Positions 16,957-26,807 of a stretch of DNA of 64,000 nucleotides are shown here, one piece after another. The position numbers were made by a program, and so were the translations under genes. The DNA is from a virus. Its lineage: Duplodnaviria > Caudoviricetes. The DNA lies in IMG/VR virus record IMGVR_UViG_3300028914_000064, positions 32,001 to 96,000 of that record, one strand, 5' to 3'. Positions within the stretch are counted from its first letter, which is position 1; each line of letters begins with the position of its first letter. A model generated the notes under the pieces. It had not been told where the DNA came from, did no database searches, and saw only the letters and a program-made list of their open reading frames with translations.

Positions 16957-17187
16957 TCACATTTGGTTTAAAAATGCTTGTGCTGTATTTCTATTATTGT
17001 ATATATTTCCTTCGTCTTCTATACCAATCATATAAGCACATCCCTTTTCTTCCCAAGCAATAATCATATTAGGATATACTTTTGAAATTTTAAGTTTATA
17101 GACTTTTTTTGTTTTAGTTAATTCATTATGATATGCATAATAAATTTCCATACCAGGACTATATTCTTTAGTATAATCAATATTCAT
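16957..17187 (-). CDS. Hypothetical protein
   Basis: ORF track, overlapping neighbours. Confidence 0.7.
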   Translation of the reverse strand: MNIDYTKEYSPGMEIYYAYHNELTKTKKVYKLKISKVYPNMIIAWEEKGCAYMIGIEDEGNIYNNRNTAQAFLNQM

Positions 17188-17680
17188 GTTGTTTTTCCAA
17201 TTTTGCTGAATAATCTAAAATATTAGAAACATATTTACTGGGATTAGATGCAGATATATTTTTCTCACCATGATAAATTGCAAGAACAACAGCTACATCT
17301 TCATATTCTTCAAACAATTCTGAAAGAATATCGGCTGCGATTAAAATATTATTATAAGGGTTGCAAATATCACTTTCGTCAATATTTAATTTTTGCAATC
17401 TTCTCCTATGACTTGAAAGATGTATTTGCATAAGTCCATAGCAGCCTTCTGAATTTTTTATATCAGCAACATATCTACTTTCATAATATGCGATAGCTTC
17501 TAATAGTTCCGGACTTATATTATATTTTTCGCCTACTAAATTTGCTGCAATCACAACATTATTGGGAATTTCTTCATATTCTGAAGATTGGAAATATTCT
17601 TTTGTAAAATTATCACCTGAAGCATAAGTTGTTGGACACATAAGAATAAAGATTCCCAAGAATACTAAGAATTTTTTCAT
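17177..17680 (-). CDS. Lytic transglycosylase (SLT domain) with signal peptide
   Basis: AIAYYESRY, GLMQI, NNI..A..L, A.YH.G motifs. Confidence 0.88.
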   Translation of the reverse strand: MKKFLVFLGIFILMCPTTYASGDNFTKEYFQSSEYEEIPNNVVIAANLVGEKYNISPELLEAIAYYESRYVADIKNSEGCYGLMQIHLSSHRRRLQKLNIDESDICNPYNNILIAADILSELFEEYEDVAVVLAIYHGEKNISASNPSKYVSNILDYSAKLEKQHEY

Positions 17681-17861
17681 ATTACTTCCTCCAACTGATA
17701 AATTAATGATAAAGCATTTTAACTTGTGGTGTCAACCAATAATTTTAACACTTATAAAATCATTTATAATCACTTGTTTTTATTGTATTGAAGCGTATTT
17801 TTATAATATAGTATCTCATGGTGATAGTGGTTTTCCTTGAAATAATAGGGAAAGGAACATA

Positions 17862-17975
17862 ATGCCTATGACTGCTTCAGAGTTCATTGCATTCTGCAAT
17901 TTGCTTTTGAATATCATAAGACTGTTGTTCGATATTCTAAAGAATAAAAAGAACAATAAAAAAGACCGCTCCTAA
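17862..17975 (+). CDS. Putative type I toxin-like peptide, 37 aa (MPMTASEFIAFCNLLLNIIRLLFDILKNKKNNKKDRS)
   Basis: Manual translation; peptide and downstream DNA (ACCGCTCCTA...AAGTT.AGCG) resemble the 6356-6529 locus. Confidence 0.6.
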   Translation: MPMTASEFIAFCNLLLNIIRLLFDILKNKKNNKKDRS

Positions 17976-17998
17976 CCTCACAAGTTAAGCGAACTTTT

Positions 17999-20900
17999 TT
18001 ATATATGATATTCTACAATAGAATATTTTGTCACTAATAATTCCTTATCTTCTAATTGTTTCCATTCTTCTTTACCCTTTTCATTTATTATTTTTTTCCA
18101 TTTAAAATCATTAGACCATTCTTTTATACGTAATATCTGGCCTTCTTCAAATGGATTTTTATCAAAAAGTTTTTTACGGAACTTAGCTATTATACTAGAT
18201 CCAGTCTTAAGTTGATATAATGTCACAAGTTTAGACTGCTTTCCTTTAATTACAGAGGCAACATATATGTCTTCAGACAAATTTGGCAAAACAATTTTAA
18301 GATATCCAAGGCACTCCAATTCATTTTTTATTTTGTCGTAAGCAGTAGTTTTGGGCTTTTTACATTTGGCAATAAGATTTCTAATTAATGGAATAGTATC
18401 CTCAATGATAAGCTTCTTATTAGTGGATTTATGAGCACATTTTTCAAAATCGTTATAATCATATGCAGATATCAATATTTCCTCTTTTTTAAATTCTTTT
18501 CTGTTATAAAACTCATCAAATATTTTTGTTTGGTTTAGGAGTTCATTAATATTGCCAAACATAGAAAAATAATCTATTTTGATGAGTATAGTAAGCTGAC
18601 GAGAATCAATACTTGTCTTATTTTTTATATCAGCTAAGACTTCAATAAAGTCAGTATATTTATTATCTTTTAATTGATAAAGTTCTTCTGCTATTATACG
18701 ACTCATATTGATTATAGCCGGTAAAGCAGGGATAATTATATTATTATGAGGATCTGCTTTAAATTTTCTATTATCATTTTTAAATGAATAAACCCCTTCT
18801 GATATTCCAAATCCCTTTTTCATTTCATGTTTAAGAGCCATAACTTTTGATTTATTACCTTTTTCTGTATAATAATTTAATAAAGTTTCATAAAATTCAT
18901 AGGGATAATGTGCTTTTTGCCATGCCTGATAAAGCCCATCAAGTGCTACTGCATATGCATGAGAGCTATTAAATGAATATCCGCAATTATCATCTATGAT
19001 AATCCATACTTTTTCTGCACTTTCTTGAGCTTTATCTTCTGATAAATGCTCTTCTTCTATCAGTTTTTGTTTGAATCCTTTAATAAATTTGGTTTTTAAT
19101 GGTTTTACTTTTTCAGGATGTTTTTTGGCAATCGCTTTAATTGCACTATAACATTCACTCATAGGAAATCCTGCATAATTAAGAACCATCATGCATTGTT
19201 CTTGAAAAAAGATATAGGAAACAGGAAGTTCCTCTGTTCGTAATAGGTTATCTAGAGTTGGTATCCCATAAGAAAAATCTTCTCTGCTTTCGAACTTGGA
19301 ATACATGGATTTAAAACCAGGTCTTATTGCAGCAACAAATGCACTAAGTTCTGATATATTATGTGGCCTATATCTCATGCATTTATTCTTTGTTCCTTCT
19401 TTTTCAACTTGATTTATACCTATTGTCAATCCATTAGCATAAATATCCCATGTCTTTTCGTCATTTTTGGTTTTATCTATTAATGTATTAACATCAAAAT
19501 GATTTATTCCAATACGTTTAAAAACAAGATCTATTAAAAGAACGACATCAACTTTGAGGATGTCATTTTTTAGAAATTTATAATTTTCGGCTATAACTCC
19601 GTCAATTACACATGTAATATATTCTTTTTTAGATGTTCTACTTTTACATTTAATCAGACCTATTTCTTTTCTGATGTCCCCATCATATAAAAGATAGGCG
19701 CTTGGAGCAGGTTTTTTGTCTGAAATAACTCCCCAATAGTCCTTACTTTTTTCTATATATTCAGAGTATTTCTCATCAACAAAATCATAAATATTTATTT
19801 CATCCTTTTCTTCTTCAGGAGCATTATTAACAGCTTCATCATATTGATTTATCTGTTTTGAGATTGTATTTGCGAGTTCAAAATCCATATTTTGAGCTTT
19901 TGCATATATTTTAAATGCAGATAGTTTTTTTAAAGTACCAAAAGCGATCATAGCAACAGCATGATTTTCTCCTAATACTCTTTTTTGCGCTTGTTCAAAT
20001 ATTTCCGGTGTTCCTACATTTAGATCTATGTCTGGAAGAGATCGTGTTTCAAGAATTCTGGTTGTTGAAATAAATCTTTCAGGATACAATTTGATAGCAG
20101 ATTTAAATCTATCTATTTTGGAGAATCCACAAAGAGTATTTGTAAAAAAACCAACAGCTGATCCTCTTCCGGTATCTGTTATAAGTCCGCCATGTTCAAT
20201 ACCATCTTTTACAATAGCATAATCTAAAAGTGGATAATCGCACATACCAGTATCTTTATAAGTCTTAACTTCTGCTTTTACACCTTCATAATATTTTTGA
20301 TAATCTTCTTTAGGAATATTTTTCATATATTCTTTAAACTTTTTGGTAATAAGTCTTGAATACTTTTTATCTTTTTCTTCTTTTGTTAAATCCGGATATA
20401 AAGATGGTAATTTTATATCTTTAGTAAATATACGGACATTATCATAATCACAAAAGTCTAATGCTATGTCAGTATTATCCATTGCATGACAAATAAGCTC
20501 TTGAGAAAAGACTCCTTGAGCTTTAAATCTATTTATTACTTCATCATCATTTGGATAATCTAAAAACCATCCCTCTTCTTCTTCATAATGGACATCTTTT
20601 GCTTCTAGCATATAATCTCGTAGTTTTTCGTCTTTTTTATGGATATAATGAGAATCGAGTCCAACGATAAAATCTAAATTATATTTAGAAGCCAGTTCAA
20701 GCTGATGATAAGACCAATCTTTTTGTTTTTCAGTATTATGATATTGTGCTTCTAAAAAGAAATTTTCTCCAAAATGATCATGAAACTGACTTACAATATC
20801 ATCTATATCTTCATATCCAGAAAATGCGATGCAAGCAGAAGAAACAACAACATCTTTTGGAGGGAGACTAAGAATTAAAGGAATATCGATACGAGGTCTA

Positions 20901-21232
20901 TAGTAGTATCCTGTTATATTAGCCTCTGATAAAATATCATTTATCGCTTCTCGTCCTTGATTTGATTTTGCCCAAATACAAATATGATGATTGGATCTGT
21001 CTTTTTCAAAGCGATCTTTGACCCAATATGCTTCTGCTCCAATTACAGCTTTTAAATTGTACTTTTTTGCAAGTTCATATGTCTGAAAATAATACCCCTG
21101 CCATCCATGTTCGACAGATGACAGAACCTTATGACCTAATTCAACTGCTCTTTTTGCATAGTCTTCATTTGAGACGACTGAGTCCGTAATCATAATATTT
21201 GAATAAGAAGTATGACGATGTAAATTTTGCAT
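17999..21232 (-). CDS. dnaE: DNA polymerase III alpha subunit (phage-type DnaE)
   Basis: PHP domain LHRHTSYS, GRGSA, PDIDL, YSFNSSHA motifs; SD GAGGAG before ATG 21232. Confidence 0.95.
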   Translation of the reverse strand: MQNLHRHTSYSNIMITDSVVSNEDYAKRAVELGHKVLSSVEHGWQGYYFQTYELAKKYNLKAVIGAEAYWVKDRFEKDRSNHHICIWAKSNQGREAINDILSEANITGYYYRPRIDIPLILSLPPKDVVVSSACIAFSGYEDIDDIVSQFHDHFGENFFLEAQYHNTEKQKDWSYHQLELASKYNLDFIVGLDSHYIHKKDEKLRDYMLEAKDVHYEEEEGWFLDYPNDDEVINRFKAQGVFSQELICHAMDNTDIALDFCDYDNVRIFTKDIKLPSLYPDLTKEEKDKKYSRLITKKFKEYMKNIPKEDYQKYYEGVKAEVKTYKDTGMCDYPLLDYAIVKDGIEHGGLITDTGRGSAVGFFTNTLCGFSKIDRFKSAIKLYPERFISTTRILETRSLPDIDLNVGTPEIFEQAQKRVLGENHAVAMIAFGTLKKLSAFKIYAKAQNMDFELANTISKQINQYDEAVNNAPEEEKDEINIYDFVDEKYSEYIEKSKDYWGVISDKKPAPSAYLLYDGDIRKEIGLIKCKSRTSKKEYITCVIDGVIAENYKFLKNDILKVDVVLLIDLVFKRIGINHFDVNTLIDKTKNDEKTWDIYANGLTIGINQVEKEGTKNKCMRYRPHNISELSAFVAAIRPGFKSMYSKFESREDFSYGIPTLDNLLRTEELPVSYIFFQEQCMMVLNYAGFPMSECYSAIKAIAKKHPEKVKPLKTKFIKGFKQKLIEEEHLSEDKAQESAEKVWIIIDDNCGYSFNSSHAYAVALDGLYQAWQKAHYPYEFYETLLNYYTEKGNKSKVMALKHEMKKGFGISEGVYSFKNDNRKFKADPHNNIIIPALPAIINMSRIIAEELYQLKDNKYTDFIEVLADIKNKTSIDSRQLTILIKIDYFSMFGNINELLNQTKIFDEFYNRKEFKKEEILISAYDYNDFEKCAHKSTNKKLIIEDTIPLIRNLIAKCKKPKTTAYDKIKNELECLGYLKIVLPNLSEDIYVASVIKGKQSKLVTLYQLKTGSSIIAKFRKKLFDKNPFEEGQILRIKEWSNDFKWKKIINEKGKEEWKQLEDKELLVTKYSIVEYHI

Positions 21233-21456
21233 TATAATCTCCTCAGGCAATTTTTATTTTGATTCAAATATTCATCTACTTGATCCATAGAATATTCAAC
21301 AGTACCTTCTCCTCTTCCTAATGTTAGTTCATTATCTGCTTCATCAAAAAGATATTCTTTAAGACATTTGTTATTTTGTGTTTGACAAAATTTTTTTCCT
21401 TTATAAATCCAATACCAATTATCTAATTCACAGCCACACCATTCACAATATTCCAT
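21232..21456 (-). CDS. Small Zn-finger hypothetical protein
   Basis: CEWC...FC....CL. Confidence 0.65.
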   Translation of the reverse strand: MEYCEWCGCELDNWYWIYKGKKFCQTQNNKCLKEYLFDEADNELTLGRGEGTVEYSMDQVDEYLNQNKNCLRRL

Positions 21457-21458
21457 TG

Positions 21459-22025
21459 TTATTCTTGCCCTCTTTTGTCAATAAATGTTTTAATCCTAAT
21501 AAAACGGAAACCTTTTGTTTGGGTAAAAGTCCCATTTAAAACTTTATTTATTGCTTTTAAATTGGCTCCGGTTGCTCTTGCTGCGGAAGTTTGAGAATTA
21601 TAAAGTACAGCATTATGATCCTTATCAACTACCAAGATGTCTGTTTTTTGAGATTTAGGAATCAAATTATCTTCATGTGCCATTTGAGAATTTCTTCTTC
21701 TTGTAGTCCATTGAAGATTTTCAGCAGTATTTTCTTCTTTATTATTATTTTTATGATCCACAACATCAAAATGTATTGGATCTGGATTTGGAACAAAAGC
21801 TTTCGCAACAAGAATATTTACTCGTTTTCTTTTTCTAAAAATATTACATGTATAATATCCGTCTCTATCTTTGGCTTGTTTAAGTAGATGTGTTTTTCTT
21901 TTAACTCGGCCTTTGTTGCTTATATAATAATCTTGAGTACCTTCGATTAAGACCCATTTTTCTCCAGGTAAAGTTGGAACTGGCATAAACTTCCTCCTAA
22001 ATTTCTGACGTTGCACCCTCGACAT
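21459..22025 (-). CDS. NUMOD4/HNH homing endonuclease with C-terminal NUMOD1-like domain
   Basis: EKW..I.G...Y.ISNKGRV, LVAKAFVPN, VDHKNNNK..N...NLQW. Confidence 0.88.
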   Translation of the reverse strand: MSRVQRQKFRRKFMPVPTLPGEKWVLIEGTQDYYISNKGRVKRKTHLLKQAKDRDGYYTCNIFRKRKRVNILVAKAFVPNPDPIHFDVVDHKNNNKEENTAENLQWTTRRRNSQMAHEDNLIPKSQKTDILVVDKDHNAVLYNSQTSAARATGANLKAINKVLNGTFTQTKGFRFIRIKTFIDKRGQE

Positions 22026-22176
22026 TTATACTGAAAGATGTTCGCTTAAAGCCTAGTATTCATGCATGTTTGATGCTGTTTTAAATTTCTTGTTATTTAC
22101 TCGCTTTTAATACCCATAATAAAACATGTTAAAAATCTAAAGATAAAATTCACTCAATCATAAAAAACAAAGAATA

Positions 22177-22750
22177 TTAATCTTTAATTTTATCAACATA
22201 ATCCACCAAGTTATCCACATTTCGATAATAATTTTCTCGACCGGGTAACATTTGTCCTAAAATTGCAACGATACAATTTGGAACAAGACCATTTCCCGCT
22301 GCTTTATACAATGCAGAATTAGATGCAACTTTTTTAGCATCTTCAAACTCTTGCTCTGAAAGTCCCATCAAAAGGAATGTTTCTTTTGGAGTTATTTTCC
22401 TTATTCTATAAGCATATCCATTTTTAATAACTTCAACTTTATCCATATTCTTCTCCGTCTTTTTTCTTTCAAGAACCATATTATCTTTAGAGACAGATGT
22501 TAAACAACCACATATGCCACCCTCTATAATCTCAAGTCTTTGTTCGAGTTCTATTCCTGCTCTTCTGTCAGATGGATCATGAGGATTTCTTCCTCTTGAG
22601 GCTACAATATATTTTTCAATAATGATAGGTTGTCTGTTTCCACCACCCAAAACTTGATTGTTGGGCAAAGGCCACTTGGATCGTATGCATTTCCTCCAAA
22701 ATTTCCTCCTTCATTTTCCAAATATATATTACCAAGTCGTTTAATTCCAT
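22177..22750 (-). pseudogene. C5 DNA methyltransferase C-terminal part (target-recognition modules plus motifs IX-X), frameshifted near 22650; possible independent subunit 22177-22446
   Basis: ATG 22750 gives MELKRLGNIY...GLCPTIK; -1 frame continues GGGNRQP...RKITPKE..LMG...LYKAAGNG; internal ATG 22446 has SD GGAG. Confidence 0.7.
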
Positions 22751-23845
22751 TCATTTATTGACACCTTTCTCTATCATCACTCTTGCCGGATCTTTATAAG
22801 AAGTAGATGTTACACATGGACATACACCATTTTCATTAAATACCCAATTTCTTTGATGTATTTTCTCATTATCCGCGGGAGTAATGTTTCCCAGTGGACT
22901 ATTTAAAGGTAAATCTTTAAGTCCACCACGTTCTAATAGTTTTAAAATCAAAGCTTTTGCTTTGGGAGTATTAAGATAATATCTTTCATCCACATTATCT
23001 TCTAAATAATCTTTCATACAAGAGTTTAAAGCTATTGGTTCAGGAAAGGTATAATTAGCAGTTTTATCTAAGATACTTAATATAAATGTTCTATTACGTG
23101 ATTGGGGAATGCCATAATCTTTAGCATTCATATCACTCCAAAAAGTTTTATATCCAAGTGAATCAAGAGTTTCCAACCAACTGTTAAACTGAACTAGAAA
23201 TTTTTTACTATGACAAGCTGCCACATTTTCTGCTAATAGAATTTGTGGAAGACAATCCTTATTTTTACATTCTTCTAATATTCTTCCAATCTCCCATAAT
23301 AAAGAACTAGATGTTCCCGAACCTTTTTCATAGCCTTCTTGCTTTCCAGCACAAGATATTGCTTGGCATGGATATGAATAGACAAGAATGTAAGTATAAT
23401 CTTGACGATCATGTATCTCTAGGTCTTCCGCATGGACATTTGTTATCGATCCTATATTGTGAGTTGCAATAAAATTATTATAGGTTTCAATAATCCATTT
23501 GCTTCCCTTTCTTTCTATTTTTTCACGTGTCAAAGGGACTTTACCATCAATAGATACTCCTTTCATAAATAAATAATCTATAAGTTCGTTAAGATTTTTA
23601 TCTTTTGCATAATCAGTATAATCTTTGAAGTGCATAGCATTATATATCTTGACTGCTTGCGCATCCCATTCAGATGTTATGTAATCTTCATAAGGAAAAT
23701 CCAATTTTTTCAATGCGCTAATCTGACAACCAATACCACTAAAACATGATATAAATCTAATAGGTTTGGTTATTTTATATGGTTTATCTTTATTTTCTTG
23801 CATGTAATCATCAAAGGTCATTTGCTCTCCCCACACAATATTCAT
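22751..23845 (-). CDS. C5 cytosine DNA methyltransferase, motifs I-VIII plus one TRD (split gene)
   Basis: FSGIG, YPCQ, ENV, YGIPQSRNR; lacks motifs IX-X. Confidence 0.9.
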   Translation of the reverse strand: MNIVWGEQMTFDDYMQENKDKPYKITKPIRFISCFSGIGCQISALKKLDFPYEDYITSEWDAQAVKIYNAMHFKDYTDYAKDKNLNELIDYLFMKGVSIDGKVPLTREKIERKGSKWIIETYNNFIATHNIGSITNVHAEDLEIHDRQDYTYILVYSYPCQAISCAGKQEGYEKGSGTSSSLLWEIGRILEECKNKDCLPQILLAENVAACHSKKFLVQFNSWLETLDSLGYKTFWSDMNAKDYGIPQSRNRTFILSILDKTANYTFPEPIALNSCMKDYLEDNVDERYYLNTPKAKALILKLLERGGLKDLPLNSPLGNITPADNEKIHQRNWVFNENGVCPCVTSTSYKDPARVMIEKGVNK

Positions 23846-23862
23846 ATCATGCTCCTTTAATT

Positions 23863-24534
23863 TTATTCATTAAGATAATCAATTGTAATATTTGCTATAG
23901 CTTCAATCAGTTTTATAGGATAAGTACTCCTATCTTTTGCTCCTTTTATTGCTTGAGTCCCAAAAGCCCTTGAACCTCTTGGAGTTTTAGGATGGCAACT
24001 ATCCCCATAATTACATGGTGGGATAAGATCGGGATTTGGAATATTGGTCCAAAGATTAGTTGCTTTCATACGTCGCTCATTTAAAGGCAGTTCAGTCATA
24101 TATTTGCAATATGTGACTGTATGTTTGTATTTTTCATATGGTTTCATCCATGTCATTTTTTGAAGACAAGCTCTTGGATTTTCAATCCAAAAAACTTTGG
24201 GATTTAATAATTTGAGTAATTGTAAAACATGCTGATCTGTTTCATCACATTGTTTAGCATAATCTGATATAGGGTCTAGATTCCCAGTCTCCTTATTTTT
24301 TATTCTATGATGACTTATTGCAGCAAGACTAAAAGTCGTACAATCTGGGGCCATCCAGACCACGTCTGGATTTCTAAATTTTTCTGGCAAATCTTCTAAT
24401 TTAAGTTTACCGATATCACAATGCATATCTGCATTAAGTTTTTCATTCCAATCTATTGTAAAAGATTCAAAACCATGTTTGCGAAACTCCGCTGAGATTT
24501 CTCCGGTTCCAGAAAATAATTCAAGTATGGTCAT
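23863..24534 (-). CDS. Short phage-type C5 cytosine methyltransferase
   Basis: LELFSGTG, APDCTTFS, IENP motifs. Confidence 0.8.
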   Translation of the reverse strand: MTILELFSGTGEISAEFRKHGFESFTIDWNEKLNADMHCDIGKLKLEDLPEKFRNPDVVWMAPDCTTFSLAAISHHRIKNKETGNLDPISDYAKQCDETDQHVLQLLKLLNPKVFWIENPRACLQKMTWMKPYEKYKHTVTYCKYMTELPLNERRMKATNLWTNIPNPDLIPPCNYGDSCHPKTPRGSRAFGTQAIKGAKDRSTYPIKLIEAIANITIDYLNE

Positions 24535-24755
24535 TTTTTTTCCTCCAAATTTATTTGAAAACAATTATCTGGATCATTAATTTTAACTTCTTCAAATTCT
24601 AATGCAGATTCTGCATAGCCTTCATTTATCACTTTATAATAATTATTACAATCTATACAATTCAAAATAATATCATTACTTTTACAAGTTCTGATTTGAC
24701 CACCACATTTAGGGCAGATACCGATTGATCCTTTGTAATAAATGATATACCTCAT
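24531..24755 (-). CDS. Zn-ribbon hypothetical protein
   Basis: CPKC...CIDC. Confidence 0.65.
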   Translation of the reverse strand: MRYIIYYKGSIGICPKCGGQIRTCKSNDIILNCIDCNNYYKVINEGYAESALEFEEVKINDPDNCFQINLEEKK

Positions 24756-25393
24756 AAATACTCCTTAAGATAAGTTCTTAATGGTTCTTGAATATAACTA
24801 TTTTTGTTTTTTAATTCATATAGATATTCTTTATCTATTTGATATACGAGCCAAAAATTCATATTCGCATATTTACCTTCTTTAAAAAAATAAGATTCAG
24901 GATCTGGAAGGGCTTCTTGTCGAATAAGGCTTATAATATTAGGTTCAAGGGAACTTTTAATGCTTAAATAATCGCAGAAACAGATAAGTGCTGCAGTATT
25001 TTTTTTATAATCAAGATCAGTACATTTTCTAAATAAATCTATCTGATTGGCGATATAATCTTTGAGTTTTTGTTTTACATCATGGGAAACTTTTGTGTTT
25101 CTTATCCAATCAGTTTTATCTATATATCTAAAGCATACAGCTATACGAATACTGTCTCTCATTTTAGGGAAAGGAAATCTTTCTTGAAATTCATTTAATT
25201 TAAAAAAACAATTACATAAATTACATCCTTTAAGTGTTTGCATGACAAGACCACCTGGACAATCATGAGTTATTGTTGTCCAACTCCAAAAATCTAAAGG
25301 TGTTCGAGTAAGTAATTCCTCACAGTAATCATGCATTGATTCAGTTTCAAAAGATTCTAAAAAATTTTTAAAAATCAATAATCTATTTTTCAT
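24752..25393 (-). CDS. Hypothetical protein, degenerate HD-hydrolase-like
   Basis: H..PGGLV..T resembles the HD-protein N-terminus but the metal-binding H and HD residues are absent; C-terminal F..GKY motif. Confidence 0.55.
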   Translation of the reverse strand: MKNRLLIFKNFLESFETESMHDYCEELLTRTPLDFWSWTTITHDCPGGLVMQTLKGCNLCNCFFKLNEFQERFPFPKMRDSIRIAVCFRYIDKTDWIRNTKVSHDVKQKLKDYIANQIDLFRKCTDLDYKKNTAALICFCDYLSIKSSLEPNIISLIRQEALPDPESYFFKEGKYANMNFWLVYQIDKEYLYELKNKNSYIQEPLRTYLKEYL

Positions 25394-25509
25394 TGAATAA
25401 CCAATCCTTTAAGACGTGAATAGAATCAACAACTTCAGAAGAGATGTTTGGGCATATGGTCATATAATTACAAATTTCTGCAAGACCTTTTATCGCTTCC
25501 GCTTTTTGT

Positions 25510-25755
25510 TCAAGTATCTGAATCTCTTTTTTCATTTTTTAATTCCTCTATAAATTCATCAAGAATCCGATATATCTCTATGATGTCATCAAGTTTATAT
25601 CCGTCTCGATAATTATAATCTGCATAATAATATGCTAATTTGATTTTTTTATTTTCGAGATTTTGAGCTAAGACAGTAACTTCTCCATATTTGGTAAAAT
25701 CTATAACATAATGAATATTATTTTCAACTGCATCATCTTTAAATAGTTTCATCAA
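25510..25755 (-). CDS. Hypothetical protein
   Basis: ORF track, ATGA overlap. Confidence 0.7.
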   Translation of the reverse strand: MMKLFKDDAVENNIHYVIDFTKYGEVTVLAQNLENKKIKLAYYYADYNYRDGYKLDDIIEIYRILDEFIEELKNEKRDSDT

Positions 25756-26807
25756 AATAAATCATCCTCATTTTTTGATTGCTCAAATTGATCTATGAAG
25801 TCGCTTATGTAAGGACACGTCCTTTTATGTGGGCATAAATTGGTACAATAATAGATGTCATTTATAACTTTTCCATTTTTTTGAGTTCTTGTAAAATTAC
25901 GATGAGTATTCATCTTATCTTCTTTAGAAAAGGATTCCCACATTTTAATAGTTCCTTCAATATATTCAAGACATTCTTTTTTGGTTTCTTCAGTAAAATC
26001 ATATTCAATGACACAAGGTCGAACTTTAAATTGTTTAGATAATTGTAAAGGAATTGTATTTGTTCTTTTAAAATCTTCTATGATTAGTTCTATATCAAAG
26101 TTGTGATAGTTCATTTCTTTTAAAGCGTTTGATATAGGATCTGATAATTCAGCATATATTTTTCTGCGTTCGATAATTTTATGTATATCTGTTTTTTTCT
26201 TACTTTTGATTGTTTTATATCCGACGTAGTTTACATCAACATATTTTGTAAATATCCAATTGATACTTCGTACTTTATATCCTTGAGCTTCAAGTGCAAT
26301 ACCATAAAAAACAAGTTGTCTGCCATGTTCTTTTAAATCTTTTTTAGAAAAAAGAGAACTTGTTTTATAATCATAGATATCCACGACATTGTCATGCTGC
26401 CATATAAGATCTACATACCCTTGCATAGAATATCCTTTAGGTGTGGTATATTTTATAAGTTCTTCTGCTTTCAGGTATTTTTTCTTAGGAGATTTATAAT
26501 TGGTACAAAAATGAGTCATATTTGCAATCCAATTGCTTCGTATAGAGTCTTCTCCCTTTATGTCTTTAGGAAATTCAAGTCCGATCATGTTAAGTGTTTC
26601 TAACTCTTTTTGCATAGCAGGAAGCAAGTCTTTTTCTGTTGCCTTATTATTTATTATTTTTTCAAGACATTCATGTATACTGCTTCCCAAAATTGTATAA
26701 ACATTTTTATCTCCACGTTCTTCTAAAACATAGGTCCTATATGCTTCATAAAGGCATCTGTTTATAGAGTCTAATCTCGATATCGAATAGATAGTATTAT
26801 TATTCAT
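25752..26807 (-). CDS. PD-(D/E)XK exonuclease, Cas4/AddB-like with Fe-S cysteines
   Basis: YSISRL...C, GSSIH, GYVDL, DYKTS, QLVFY, C-terminal CxxxCxxxxxC; start at ATG after SD AAGGAG. Confidence 0.85.
   Translation of the reverse strand: MNNNTIYSISRLDSINRCLYEAYRTYVLEERGDKNVYTILGSSIHECLEKIINNKATEKDLLPAMQKELETLNMIGLEFPKDIKGEDSIRSNWIANMTHFCTNYKSPKKKYLKAEELIKYTTPKGYSMQGYVDLIWQHDNVVDIYDYKTSSLFSKKDLKEHGRQLVFYGIALEAQGYKVRSINWIFTKYVDVNYVGYKTIKSKKKTDIHKIIERRKIYAELSDPISNALKEMNYHNFDIELIIEDFKRTNTIPLQLSKQFKVRPCVIEYDFTEETKKECLEYIEGTIKMWESFSKEDKMNTHRNFTRTQKNGKVINDIYYCTNLCPHKRTCPYISDFIDQFEQSKNEDDLF

Noticed and set aside
25752-26807. Cas4-like nuclease as the adaptation gene for the array
   Set aside because: It is 13 kb away in the replication operon; such nucleases are common in phages, and there is no cas1/cas2.
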